NCBI GenBank assembly: GCA_045593825.1
Contig: JAZNXI010000177.1
Coordinates: 13,280-77,279 of the forward strand
Reading direction: 5' to 3'
DNA: 64,000 nt
Source: Lachnospiraceae bacterium
GTDB taxonomy: Bacteria; Bacillota; Clostridia; Lachnospirales; Lachnospiraceae
Below are positions 9,107-17,015 of the stretch, piece after piece; position 1 is the first letter of the stretch; the number at the start of each line of letters is the position of its first letter. Made by a program: the position numbers and the translations under genes. The notes below the pieces were generated by a model. That model saw only the letters and a list, made by a program, of their open reading frames with translations. It searched no databases and had not been told where the DNA came from.

Positions 9107-9573
9107 GCTCCCTTCAATGTTTCTTTTAGTTTCTGCCTTGCACGCTGAAGTCTTGTCTGAACTGCTGTTTCCGAGAGTTTCATAATCTCTGCAATTTCTT
9201 TTACACTATATTCTTCAAAATAGTACAGATGCACTACCTGTCGGTACTTTACCGGCAGCTCTTTTACGGCATAATACAGTTCGCTCCGCTCCTTCATGGA
9301 AAAGCTTGGCTCCGTCGCCAGCTCCTCCAGATAGGAGATGCGCTTTCTCCACGGTGTGCGCCACAAACTGTGACATTCATTTACCGCCACCCGGATTAAC
9401 CATTTTCTGGCATGCTCCAAGTCCTCAAAAGGCTCCTGCCGCTCCCACAGCTTGATAAAGGTGTTTTGCGCCACATCCTCTGCATCTGCCTTGTTGCGGC
9501 AACCGCTTAATGCCACCCGGTATATGCTGTTCAAATATAATGTTAGTAATTGCTCGTACTCTCTTGTGTCCAT
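9097..9573 (-). CDS. ECF-type RNA polymerase sigma-70 family factor
   Basis: Region 2 (DAEDVAQNTFIKLWER) and region 4 (YYFEEYSVKEIAEIMKLSETAVQTRLQRARQKL) are both present. ATG 9573 follows GGAGAA; the ORF-track start at 9585 is TTG. Confidence 0.85.
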   Translation of the reverse strand: MDTREYEQLLTLYLNSIYRVALSGCRNKADAEDVAQNTFIKLWERQEPFEDLEHARKWLIRVAVNECHSLWRTPWRKRISYLEELATEPSFSMKERSELYYAVKELPVKYRQVVHLYYFEEYSVKEIAEIMKLSETAVQTRLQRARQKLKETLKGAWK

Positions 9574-9644
9574 ACAATTCTCCAATCTTTTGAAAGGCCC
9601 TTCACTTAATGAACGTATGGAAGAAGGAAAATATCACACATTTA

Positions 9645-10562
9645 TTAATTTTTCTTATAATGCAACCAATGAATTCCGTCCTCATACCCAATTTTCTTAT
9701 AGAAGTCATCTCCGCCGCCGGTCATCATCTCGGCACCCAGCGATTTCAACCTTCTGCAATGTTCGGAAAGCGCCGCTGCTGCCAAACCTCTGCCACGGTA
9801 CTCCGGTATAGTACACAACGGTTCCATGTAGGCCAGTTTGTTTTCCGGCACCCACCACATACCGGAGAAGCACACATATTCGTCCTTTTCATCTGCAATA
9901 ATTACGTTATGCCAAAATGTGGAATGCGGCGGAGGCGCCATGGTCGGACCAACCACACCATTATAGGCTCTCTGCGGTGTCCAAGCCTCACCCTCAATTT
10001 TATCATTCCAATGTTCAAATGGTCCCTTGTCTTCATGGTCAAAGCCTTTCCACATGCAAGCAGAAGCCTTGACCGGGTCAGACTTTATCGGGTCCACAAA
10101 GTGAAACCCTTCCGGCAGTGGATAGGTCAAATCACCTTTTGTAAAATCAAAGATATAATCTACATTTTCCCATGCCACCTTATAGCCCCGTTTTTCAACT
10201 TCGTTTCTCAAAGCTTCCTGCCCTGCAAAGAGAATCAGTTCCTGCTCACCGAAATTTGGCATGCATTCTTCTGTATAAGTTACCATCTCTGCTGCCAATG
10301 CTTCGTATCCCGGACGCAGATTAAAGAATACACCGGTAACCGGGTTTTCGTAAAACACAAAAGCTACAACCTTGTCACCATCAAACCAAAGACGGTCTAA
10401 ATATAAATAGTTCTTGTCCATCCAGGAGGACATTAACGCATATTCGAAAAACGGAGCTGCAACCCCGTTTGCAAAGCGGTTATCATAGACTTCTACCATG
10501 AAGTCCCAGACTAAGTTGATGTCTGTTAATTGTTGAAATTGTTTTGTTGTAATGTTTTGCAT
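9645..10562 (-). CDS. GNAT family N-acetyltransferase (305 aa, two-lobed)
   Basis: The C-terminal acetyl-CoA motif A is IPEYRGRGLAAAALSEHCRRL. Confidence 0.7.
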   Translation of the reverse strand: MQNITTKQFQQLTDINLVWDFMVEVYDNRFANGVAAPFFEYALMSSWMDKNYLYLDRLWFDGDKVVAFVFYENPVTGVFFNLRPGYEALAAEMVTYTEECMPNFGEQELILFAGQEALRNEVEKRGYKVAWENVDYIFDFTKGDLTYPLPEGFHFVDPIKSDPVKASACMWKGFDHEDKGPFEHWNDKIEGEAWTPQRAYNGVVGPTMAPPPHSTFWHNVIIADEKDEYVCFSGMWWVPENKLAYMEPLCTIPEYRGRGLAAAALSEHCRRLKSLGAEMMTGGGDDFYKKIGYEDGIHWLHYKKN

Positions 10563-10598
10563 GTTTTTGTTCCTTCGTTTCTTTTATATTTCCATACT

Positions 10599-11387
10599 TT
10601 ACTGTCCCAGCATTCCTTCAATATCCTTCGCCGTAATAATGGAGTACACCTTTGTTCCGTACTTTTCTTCTATCATGGTGGTTCCCAGGCCCTTAGCTCT
10701 TGCCTCCTCATTGGTCAGGTCAGCAATTACCACCAGGGCTGTCACCTCAATGTCTGCCTGCTCTTTCAAACGGTCAATCCGCTCACAGATGGTAAGTCCC
10801 GTGCTCATCAGGTCATCCACCAGCACCACCTTATCTCCATCCTTTAAGGTGTGACCGCATATCATACGTCCTTTGCTGTCTGCCATCTTCCGGTCGAAGC
10901 AGTAATCCACCGTAACACCGTATTTGTTGAACAATGCACAGGCAGTGGCTGTAGAAAATGCAATGCCATGATAGGCAAGCCCCATCAGCACATCAAAGTC
11001 CAGATTGTTTTCCCTAATGCAGTCGGCAAAATACTCGCCGATTTTTGCTATCTGCGCATTGGAGGTGAACTTTTCTGTATCCAGATAGTAGTTCTTTTTC
11101 TGACCATGCTTTAGTTCGAACTCACCGGTCTTTAAGATGCCGTTGCCAAGCATAAACTTAACAAACTGCTCCTTATAGGTCAGCGCATTCAGCTTATATC
11201 CCATCAGTTCGTCAATGCTGATTCCAAAGTACTCCGCCAGCTTTGGCAAAAACTGAATATCCGGTAGCGCAGATTCGTTTTCCCACTTACTGACCGCCTG
11301 TCCGGACACGCCAAGTGACTCGCCAAGCTGTTCCTGGGTAACTCCCTTGTTCACACGTAATCTCTTAATATTGGTTCCGATTGTCAT
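10599..11387 (-). CDS. XRE HTH domain fused to orotate-phosphoribosyltransferase-like (type I PRT) domain
   Basis: The N-terminus IKRLRVNKGVTQEQLGESLGVSGQAVSKWENESALPD is an XRE HTH. The C-terminus is PyrE-like, with the PRPP loop DKVVLVDDLMSTGLT. ATG 11387 (MTIGTN) is preferred over the ORF-track start at 11459. Confidence 0.75.
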   Translation of the reverse strand: MTIGTNIKRLRVNKGVTQEQLGESLGVSGQAVSKWENESALPDIQFLPKLAEYFGISIDELMGYKLNALTYKEQFVKFMLGNGILKTGEFELKHGQKKNYYLDTEKFTSNAQIAKIGEYFADCIRENNLDFDVLMGLAYHGIAFSTATACALFNKYGVTVDYCFDRKMADSKGRMICGHTLKDGDKVVLVDDLMSTGLTICERIDRLKEQADIEVTALVVIADLTNEEARAKGLGTTMIEEKYGTKVYSIITAKDIEGMLGQ

Positions 11388-11512
11388 TTGTTTTTCCTCG
11401 CTTACTTTGATGTTAAGGCGCCTTACGCATTTACTATAACAGATTTTAAGACAAGGCACAATGGAGGCTCCGTTGGCTTTTATGAAACTGCAGGTTGAAT
11501 TTCTGCAAAAAC

Positions 11513-13087
11513 CTACAGCTCTATCACCCTGTTTGCTACCCGCTCTCCAAACTCCGTATTGTGCTCCACAAACACCAGCGTCAGTTCTTCCTCAGACAAA
11601 GCAGCCTCCAATTGGGCTTTAAACTGCACATCCATATAGTTTAGGGGCTCATCCAAAAACAAAATCTGGTGATGCTCTGCCAGTTTTCTTGCAATGTCCA
11701 CTTTCTTTAATTCCCCACTGCTTAAGGTTTCCAACGGACGACGTTCAAAGTCCGGCGGCACATCAAAGAGCATGCAAAGTTCTTTGAATCTGCGGTAATC
11801 TGCCTGAAGGCCCTCTTTTACGGCACCGCTTCGTTCTGTTGGCTCCTGCGTGATATAGGCAATGGATATTCCGCCTCTTCGACGGATCCCCTGTGCTGAA
11901 AGTCTTCCTGCCAGAAGCTTTAACAGCGTCGTTTTTCCGGCACCGTTTTTTCCCCGCAACCAGATTTTATCGCCCGGATAAATGTGCAGGGTTACATCCT
12001 CTAATACAGGCGTGGACGCTCCTTCGTAGGAAAAGGTTACATGATCTGCCATAAGCAGGCAGTCCCGCTGCGGCTTCTCCTGGGTAATATGTAACTTCCG
12101 TTCTTCCTCCATGTTGCGGAGCAGTTGCTTTTTCGCTGCCAAATTGTCCTGAATGTGCTGCTCTGCCGCCTTTGCCTGCCGCATATAGGCTCTGGTCCCG
12201 TTGGTCCTAAAATGACCCGCAAAAGGGTATTTCTGCTTGTTTCCGATATTGGACCAGGCTCTTGTCTGTTTGGACTGCCACTCCAGCTGGCTGATTTCAT
12301 GCTCCAGCTTTTCTTTTGTTCTGAGTTCAAACTGTTCCTTTAGCTCCATATTGTTATGCCAGGTGGAATAACTGCCTTGCTCTATGGAAATGTCCGCCTT
12401 GTTAATGGCAAGAATGTGGTCGCACACCGCATCCAGAAACTCCGTATCATGAGATGCAATGATATACCCCTTTTTCTTTTTTAGATATTCCTTCAAGTGC
12501 TCCTTCTTTCCCACATCCAGATGGTTGGTGGGCTCATCCAAAAGTACAAAGGTATCTTTTCGAAGGAATAACGCAATAATCAGCATGCAGGTCTGTTCTC
12601 CACCGGACAGCGTATCAAAGTCCTGTTCCAAAAGAGCCTCGGAAAGTCCCATTTGAGATAATTCTTTGCAAATGCCGCTTTCCATGGCATAACCGTCCAG
12701 TTCAAGGTAGCGGTTCAAAACTTCATAATAGGCGACGCTGATGGCTTCGTTATTATATTCTTTACTGAATTGTTCTTCGAATTTAAGTAATTTCAGTTCC
12801 AGTGTCCGAAGTCCTCCGATACATTCCTTCACCACATCCATTGCCTTAGTAAAAGACGCATCGTAAAGGTACGGGAAATAAGACACGGTACCGCTTCGCC
12901 TTATTTCCCCGGAGGAAGGCGTCAGACTTCCTAAAAGCAGCTTCAACAGTGTGCTTTTTCCCCGTCCGTTTCTTCCCACCAGTGCCATTTTCCAATCTGT
13001 GTCTAAATTTACGTTTAAATGTTCAAATACCGGATGATAAAAATCATCGTAATAAAATGTCAAATCTTTTATTTCAATTTGTGCCAT
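11513..13087 (-). CDS. Lsa-family ABC-F type ribosomal protection protein (ARE ABC-F)
   Basis: Two ABC cassettes with no TM domain. The sequence is colinear with Lsa(A) as I recall it: DTDWKMALVGRNGRGKSTLL, LSGGEQTCMLIIALF, LLDEPTNHLD, ILAINKADISIEQGSYSTW, a long inter-domain linker, GKNGAGKTTLLKLL and FLDEPLNYMDV. ATG 13087 follows GGAGAC. Confidence 0.85.
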   Translation of the reverse strand: MAQIEIKDLTFYYDDFYHPVFEHLNVNLDTDWKMALVGRNGRGKSTLLKLLLGSLTPSSGEIRRSGTVSYFPYLYDASFTKAMDVVKECIGGLRTLELKLLKFEEQFSKEYNNEAISVAYYEVLNRYLELDGYAMESGICKELSQMGLSEALLEQDFDTLSGGEQTCMLIIALFLRKDTFVLLDEPTNHLDVGKKEHLKEYLKKKKGYIIASHDTEFLDAVCDHILAINKADISIEQGSYSTWHNNMELKEQFELRTKEKLEHEISQLEWQSKQTRAWSNIGNKQKYPFAGHFRTNGTRAYMRQAKAAEQHIQDNLAAKKQLLRNMEEERKLHITQEKPQRDCLLMADHVTFSYEGASTPVLEDVTLHIYPGDKIWLRGKNGAGKTTLLKLLAGRLSAQGIRRRGGISIAYITQEPTERSGAVKEGLQADYRRFKELCMLFDVPPDFERRPLETLSSGELKKVDIARKLAEHHQILFLDEPLNYMDVQFKAQLEAALSEEELTLVFVEHNTEFGERVANRVIEL

Positions 13088-13103
13088 ATTGTCTCCTGTT
13101 CCA

Positions 13104-13137
13104 ACAATCCAGTAGCACAAATTTGTTACCGGATTGT
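13104..13137 (-). promoter_or_regulatory. Leader hairpin between the uORF stop and the ABC-F RBS
   Basis: On the minus strand, ACAATCCGG, a 16-nt loop and CTGGATTGT form 9 bp including one G-U pair. The 5' arm starts immediately after the uORF stop. The 3' arm ends 7 nt before the GGAG. Confidence 0.4.
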
Positions 13138-13188
13138 TTATAAAATGATTGTCTTCGTTGCTATTTCCGGTCTTGTGAAAATAATCAT
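13138..13188 (-). CDS. 16-codon leader peptide (MIIFTRPEIATKTIIL) upstream of the ABC-F gene
   Basis: The RBS AGGAAAGGAGG lies 7 nt before ATG 13188, and the stop is TAA at 13138-13140. The ORF is too short for the ORF track. Confidence 0.5.
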   Translation of the reverse strand: MIIFTRPEIATKTIIL

Positions 13189-13220
13189 ATTGATGCCTCC
13201 TTTCCTTAAATTTCTTTCAA

Positions 13221-14780
13221 TTACTGCATTACTTTTGCCAGTCTTCCCTTGCCATCCTCTAATAGTTTAAGCAGACAAACCAGTTCTTCATGCTCCGATG
13301 TAAAATCCTCATCGTTCATATCCATAACGACGTGATGCACCAGCTTAATTATCCGATAGCCCTGCAAGATATCCCAGTCAGGTGCCTCCTTTTGAACCAG
13401 TTCCCGCATACGATTATGAAACTGCTGTTCCTCTTTAAAATCAGGCAATGCAGCCGGCAAATCCATACGCTCATAGGCTGTATTCAGAAGCATCATTAAA
13501 TCTGCTTCTTTTGGTGCAATTGCAGCACACTCAAAATCCATTAACGCTGTTATTTTCCCTTCCTGCCATATGACATTCGCAGGAGTTAAATCCCCATGCA
13601 CCGGTACATATTCCGCCTTTTTCATCGCTGCCTCAAAGCGTTCTATGTACCTTTTTATTTCATTGCATTGCACCTCACTGATTAACTCTTTTGCAAGTAA
13701 AAGTTCCGTTTCTGCCACAGTATTTTCCATCGATGTAATATACCAGAGTGATTTATTTACATATCCCTCTACTTCTTCCGTAGCCACTGTATGCACATAC
13801 TTTACGCGTCTCCAAAGCTGTTCCAGCGCATCTGCTCGCTCTTTCCATGACAGTTTTTCCCACGCATCCTCCAAATTTGTTCCGGAAATCCGTTCGCACA
13901 GCACCCAATCATACCCATCTGTTCTTCCGCTGTCCACAATATCCGGATACCCTGCTGCTTCCGGCAGTAATTCTGCCAATTTTGTCTCACGACGCAGACG
14001 ACCACTTTCCAAGTTGGACGTAAAACGAAGTACTAAATTTCCTGTCGCATAAACATGGTTTGTCCAACCTCCTGAAAGGCGTTCCGGTTCAGAATTTTCA
14101 CCATGTGATTTAAAGATTGCACACATAAATTGTAACATTGAAAATTCCCGAATCGCTTCAGTTTCAAATCCATCATAAATCAATCCCTGCCACTCGCATT
14201 CTCCACAATACACCTCCAAAAACTTCTCAAACCCGAACCTTTCGATAAAGTGCCACACATAAATCCCGGCATAATCATACCCGCCGTTATCCACGAAATT
14301 ATCAAATCCGACCAATTCGGAAAGCTTCGGATATTCCGTTTTACTGACATACTGTAACTCCGTCTGCTCCGCATAAAGAACAGCAATTCCTTCTGCAATC
14401 CATACTTCCGCATCATCTTCTGCCACACCGGTAGCATCATCAAACATCATATGTACCAATTCGTGAACCGCCACCTTTTTCATGTCCTGACTTGCCGCTT
14501 CCGCGCTTGCATTCGGAGAAAGCAGGCAAATGGTATGAGTGTCTACATTGGAATGACCAACCATCCAATCCTGATAATCCTCCTTTGTCTTTCCGGTCTT
14601 TTCGATATACTCCTCCACGCTGTTGCAAAGTTGAAACGTATATTTTTGTGTTGCCTCCTTAAACTGAAATGCAGTTTGAATTCCTTTGTACTTATCCTCC
14701 AAAAGTGTGATAAACTGCTCTGCCAAAGCCGCTTCTGCGTCGTGATAATGTGTAATAAAATGTGTTGTTTCGTTTATCAT
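13221..14780 (-). CDS. Fusion protein: gluzincin-like (Peptidase_MA_2-type HExxH) N-domain + aminoglycoside/macrolide phosphotransferase-like (APH family) kinase C-domain
   Basis: The N-domain has VHELVHMM and, 18 residues on, IAEGIAVLY (HExxH...E). The C-domain has HGDLTPANVIW (HxDxxxxN) and LMDFECAAI (the DFG-equivalent Asp). AAGGAGGATTAATT precedes the ATG. Confidence 0.7.
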   Translation of the reverse strand: MINETTHFITHYHDAEAALAEQFITLLEDKYKGIQTAFQFKEATQKYTFQLCNSVEEYIEKTGKTKEDYQDWMVGHSNVDTHTICLLSPNASAEAASQDMKKVAVHELVHMMFDDATGVAEDDAEVWIAEGIAVLYAEQTELQYVSKTEYPKLSELVGFDNFVDNGGYDYAGIYVWHFIERFGFEKFLEVYCGECEWQGLIYDGFETEAIREFSMLQFMCAIFKSHGENSEPERLSGGWTNHVYATGNLVLRFTSNLESGRLRRETKLAELLPEAAGYPDIVDSGRTDGYDWVLCERISGTNLEDAWEKLSWKERADALEQLWRRVKYVHTVATEEVEGYVNKSLWYITSMENTVAETELLLAKELISEVQCNEIKRYIERFEAAMKKAEYVPVHGDLTPANVIWQEGKITALMDFECAAIAPKEADLMMLLNTAYERMDLPAALPDFKEEQQFHNRMRELVQKEAPDWDILQGYRIIKLVHHVVMDMNDEDFTSEHEELVCLLKLLEDGKGRLAKVMQ

Positions 14781-15028
14781 AATTAATCCTCCTTATTTTC
14801 CAAAGGAAAATGCCCGCCCACTGATTGCGGGCAGAGGATTTTCCCTCCAGTCTGTAAAAAAAGCATGAAAAAAGAGCCTGAGAATCCTCCCACGCAAATA
14901 AAAAAGACCCACTTGTCATGCATATCATCAGAGCACACAAAGAAACACCCATTCCTTTACAGGTGGGTTATTACTTTCTGTCTCTATGCATTTCGTGGAA
15001 TCTTATCTGCGAATAATCAAGTTCTCAA
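14781..15028 (-). promoter_or_regulatory. Promoter plus about 210-nt structured 5' leader of the fusion-kinase/ABC-F operon
   Basis: The minus strand has TTGAGA-17-TAAGAT at 15000-15028. A GC-rich hairpin, TGCCCGC/GCGGGCA at 14811-14833, is followed by UUUUCCUUU about 20 nt before the start codon. A second 7-bp pairing, GAGGAUU/AAUCCUC (14834-14840 with 14883-14889), abuts it. Confidence 0.35.
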
Positions 15029-15108
15029 CCTCTTATTAGTTTGTGTTATTTTGTTACCAAGGGGAATTGTAGCACAATTCCCCTTGAGTGTCAAATGTTA
15101 TCTATAGC

Positions 15109-16500
15109 CTATTCAATCCCAATCAGCCTTACTAACCCTTCACTATAATCCACAATACCAAAGGCCGTATTTTTTATTGTAGCATTAAAGGCATTCTTTG
15201 CAGAAAATTCTGTCATTACAAATAAGTCGCCGACTTCAACCCTGTGGGAGTATCCGGCATCTGCCAAAATTCCGTTGACATAATCTCTTTTATCCTCTGA
15301 GGCTATATCAATATATGTGGTCTCAATATGTTTGAACGATTTTTCATCATTTAAGTTATCTTTAATCAGGTCTTTAAGAACGGTATGACTTCCGTCCCAG
15401 GCGCTGAACTGGCTTTTAATCCACTCATTGCGTTCTGTCTTAAATTCACTGCTCATGGAAGCCACTTCATAATTGCCTTTTGCATCGATGGAACCAATGG
15501 CTAAGCAGGTACCATCCAAGCCTTCTTTTACATCGCCAAAAGAAAAAATAGCTTCTGTCTTTACATCCAGTTTCTGGAGTTCTGTTGCTATCTCTGCAAG
15601 AACATTCTTCACTTCCTGTTCGCTGTTTTCGCAGCAAATAGCGCAGGTTGCAATTAGGCCATCCGAATCTTCCGCAGAAATAATTTCTATTTCTCCTACT
15701 TGTCCCGAAAACTCCTTAATAACACGTTTTATCGTATCTGCTACCATCTTGGAAGGAGAATCAAATTTCTCTGTTTCGATTATAGTTCCACACACGATAC
15801 ATTTTTTCTGCTTAGTGCCCTGTTCTTCACTGGTTCCTTCGTCAACAATTTCCCATTCCCCCGGATTATGAGAAAGTGTTGTTCCTTCTGTTTCCCCGCA
15901 TACATTACAAGTCTTTGGCAATGAACAGGTTGCTACTGTCCAAGTATGAGACTTATCTGCGCTTAATGGTTCTCCCTCTTCTAAGCCGCAGTAGGAACAT
16001 ACTTTAGGCGTGATACATGTAGCATTTACCCATGTGTGATTTTTTACATTTCCTTCTGTTTCATTACAAATCAGACATGTCTTAGGGGTAATACAAGTCG
16101 CCGCTATCCAGTTGTGTCCACCCTTCTCCCCTTCTGTCGCACCACATAACTTACAGATTTTTGGATTTTCACAATCTGCTTCCTTCCATTCATGTTCCAG
16201 AATCGGTAGTACCTCTTCCATTTTCTTTTCACACTTTATGCACTGATGCACATTTTTCCCAGCTTCCGCACAGGTTGCCTTGGTAGATTCGGTAAGAATA
16301 TACTCATGCTCGCAATTACTTTGCGGATCCGTGAATCCAAAGAGCATGGCAGAAACAATAACTCCAATAAAACATCCCACAATTCCCCATGCAGTCTTCT
16401 TTAGAGGCTTTTTTCTGATTGCCTTAATTATCAAAGCAAAAACCAAAACCGGAATCGCCAAGATAAAAGCAAACACTAAAAAAGAAAATAAAATACTCAT
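15109..16500 (-). CDS. Membrane-anchored protein with tandem His/Cys repeats and a C-terminal SAWDGSH-type domain
   Basis: Two N-terminal TM helices flank a Lys-rich loop, followed by repeated HxWxxATCxxPKxCxxCG units. The C-terminus contains QFSAWDGSHTVLKDLIKDNLNDEKSFKHIETTY. A strong AAAGGAGGAAGAG RBS precedes the start. Confidence 0.7.
   Translation of the reverse strand: MSILFSFLVFAFILAIPVLVFALIIKAIRKKPLKKTAWGIVGCFIGVIVSAMLFGFTDPQSNCEHEYILTESTKATCAEAGKNVHQCIKCEKKMEEVLPILEHEWKEADCENPKICKLCGATEGEKGGHNWIAATCITPKTCLICNETEGNVKNHTWVNATCITPKVCSYCGLEEGEPLSADKSHTWTVATCSLPKTCNVCGETEGTTLSHNPGEWEIVDEGTSEEQGTKQKKCIVCGTIIETEKFDSPSKMVADTIKRVIKEFSGQVGEIEIISAEDSDGLIATCAICCENSEQEVKNVLAEIATELQKLDVKTEAIFSFGDVKEGLDGTCLAIGSIDAKGNYEVASMSSEFKTERNEWIKSQFSAWDGSHTVLKDLIKDNLNDEKSFKHIETTYIDIASEDKRDYVNGILADAGYSHRVEVGDLFVMTEFSAKNAFNATIKNTAFGIVDYSEGLVRLIGIE
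15793..16314 (-). repeat. Coding repeats: 4 clear (plus 2 degenerate) copies of a 26-30 aa H-x-W-x3-C-x2-P-K-x-C-x2-C-G/N-x-x-E-G unit
   Basis: The clear copies are HEWKEADCENPKICKLCGATEG, HNWIAATCITPKTCLICNETEG, HTWVNATCITPKVCSYCGLEEG and HTWTVATCSLPKTCNVCGETEG. The flanking degenerate copies are C63..C90 and H211..C237. Confidence 0.7.
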
Positions 16501-16597
16501 CTCTTCCTCCTTTGTTAATCTCTATTTATAGACACTATTATTATTTTTATTATAGGGGAATAATAGAAGAAAAGCAAGATAGAAAGTAGATTTCGCC

Positions 16598-16822
16598 ATG
16601 ATAAAATACGATAAGCTCTGGGCAACCATGAAAGAAAAAGGAATAACTCAATACGCCCTTTATACCAAATACAAAATAAGCCGCAGTTTATTACAGCGGC
16701 TGCGAAACAATCAAAGCATCACTACCCATAACCTTAACTTACTTTGCAATATCCTAAACTGCAATATTGAAGATATTTGCGAGTTCATTAAAGATGAGGA
16801 TTTTGATGAAGCATATAAGTAA
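16598..16822 (+). CDS. XRE/YozG-type helix-turn-helix protein (74 aa)
   Basis: MKEKGITQYALYTKYKISRSLLQRLRNNQSITTHNLNLLCNILNCNIEDICEF matches the HTH pattern. The gene is divergent from the Cys-repeat gene. The RBS is weak. Confidence 0.75.
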   Translation: MIKYDKLWATMKEKGITQYALYTKYKISRSLLQRLRNNQSITTHNLNLLCNILNCNIEDICEFIKDEDFDEAYK

Positions 16823-16866
16823 ACCGGTTGCATACTCTTAAGGATATGCAACCGGTTTTATTTGTA
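16821..16866 (+). terminator. Rho-independent terminator
   Basis: The stem is aaaccggttgcata / tatgcaaccggttt, followed by a T-run. Confidence 0.75.
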
Positions 16867-16874
16867 TTACAATA

Positions 16875-16918
16875 AAAATGCCTACCCTTGTACTTGGCCG
16901 AGTCAAGGTAGGCATTTT
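16875..16918 (-). terminator. Hairpin terminator downstream of the 2H-phosphoesterase gene
   Basis: The stem is aaaatgcctacccttg / caaggtaggcatttt with one bulge. A and T runs flank both sides. Confidence 0.55.
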
Positions 16919-17015
16919 GTCAACTAAACGAGGCTAACCACTTTGTGGGCGGTTGCTTCTTTCTGTTTAGATTATATCATATAAACACAATATAAGCAAC
17001 AGCATTTTGCAAATA

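Noticed and set aside
9609-10400. A 263-aa plus-strand ORF antisense to the GNAT gene. Similar long antisense ORFs occur at 54138-54878, 39982-40572, 56635-57273, 23687-24205 and 13570-14052.
   Set aside because: Each lies entirely within and opposite a CDS with clear family motifs. They have no RBS, their composition is odd (rich in Cys, His, Arg or Ser), and they show no recognisable domains. They are shadow ORFs.
14692-14952. An 86-aa ORF in the leader of the kinase-fusion gene, considered as a possible leader peptide or small protein.
   Set aside because: It has a weak RBS (AAAGGA directly abutting the ATG), a Cys/Phe-rich sequence, and it reads through the RBS and start of the real CDS in another frame.
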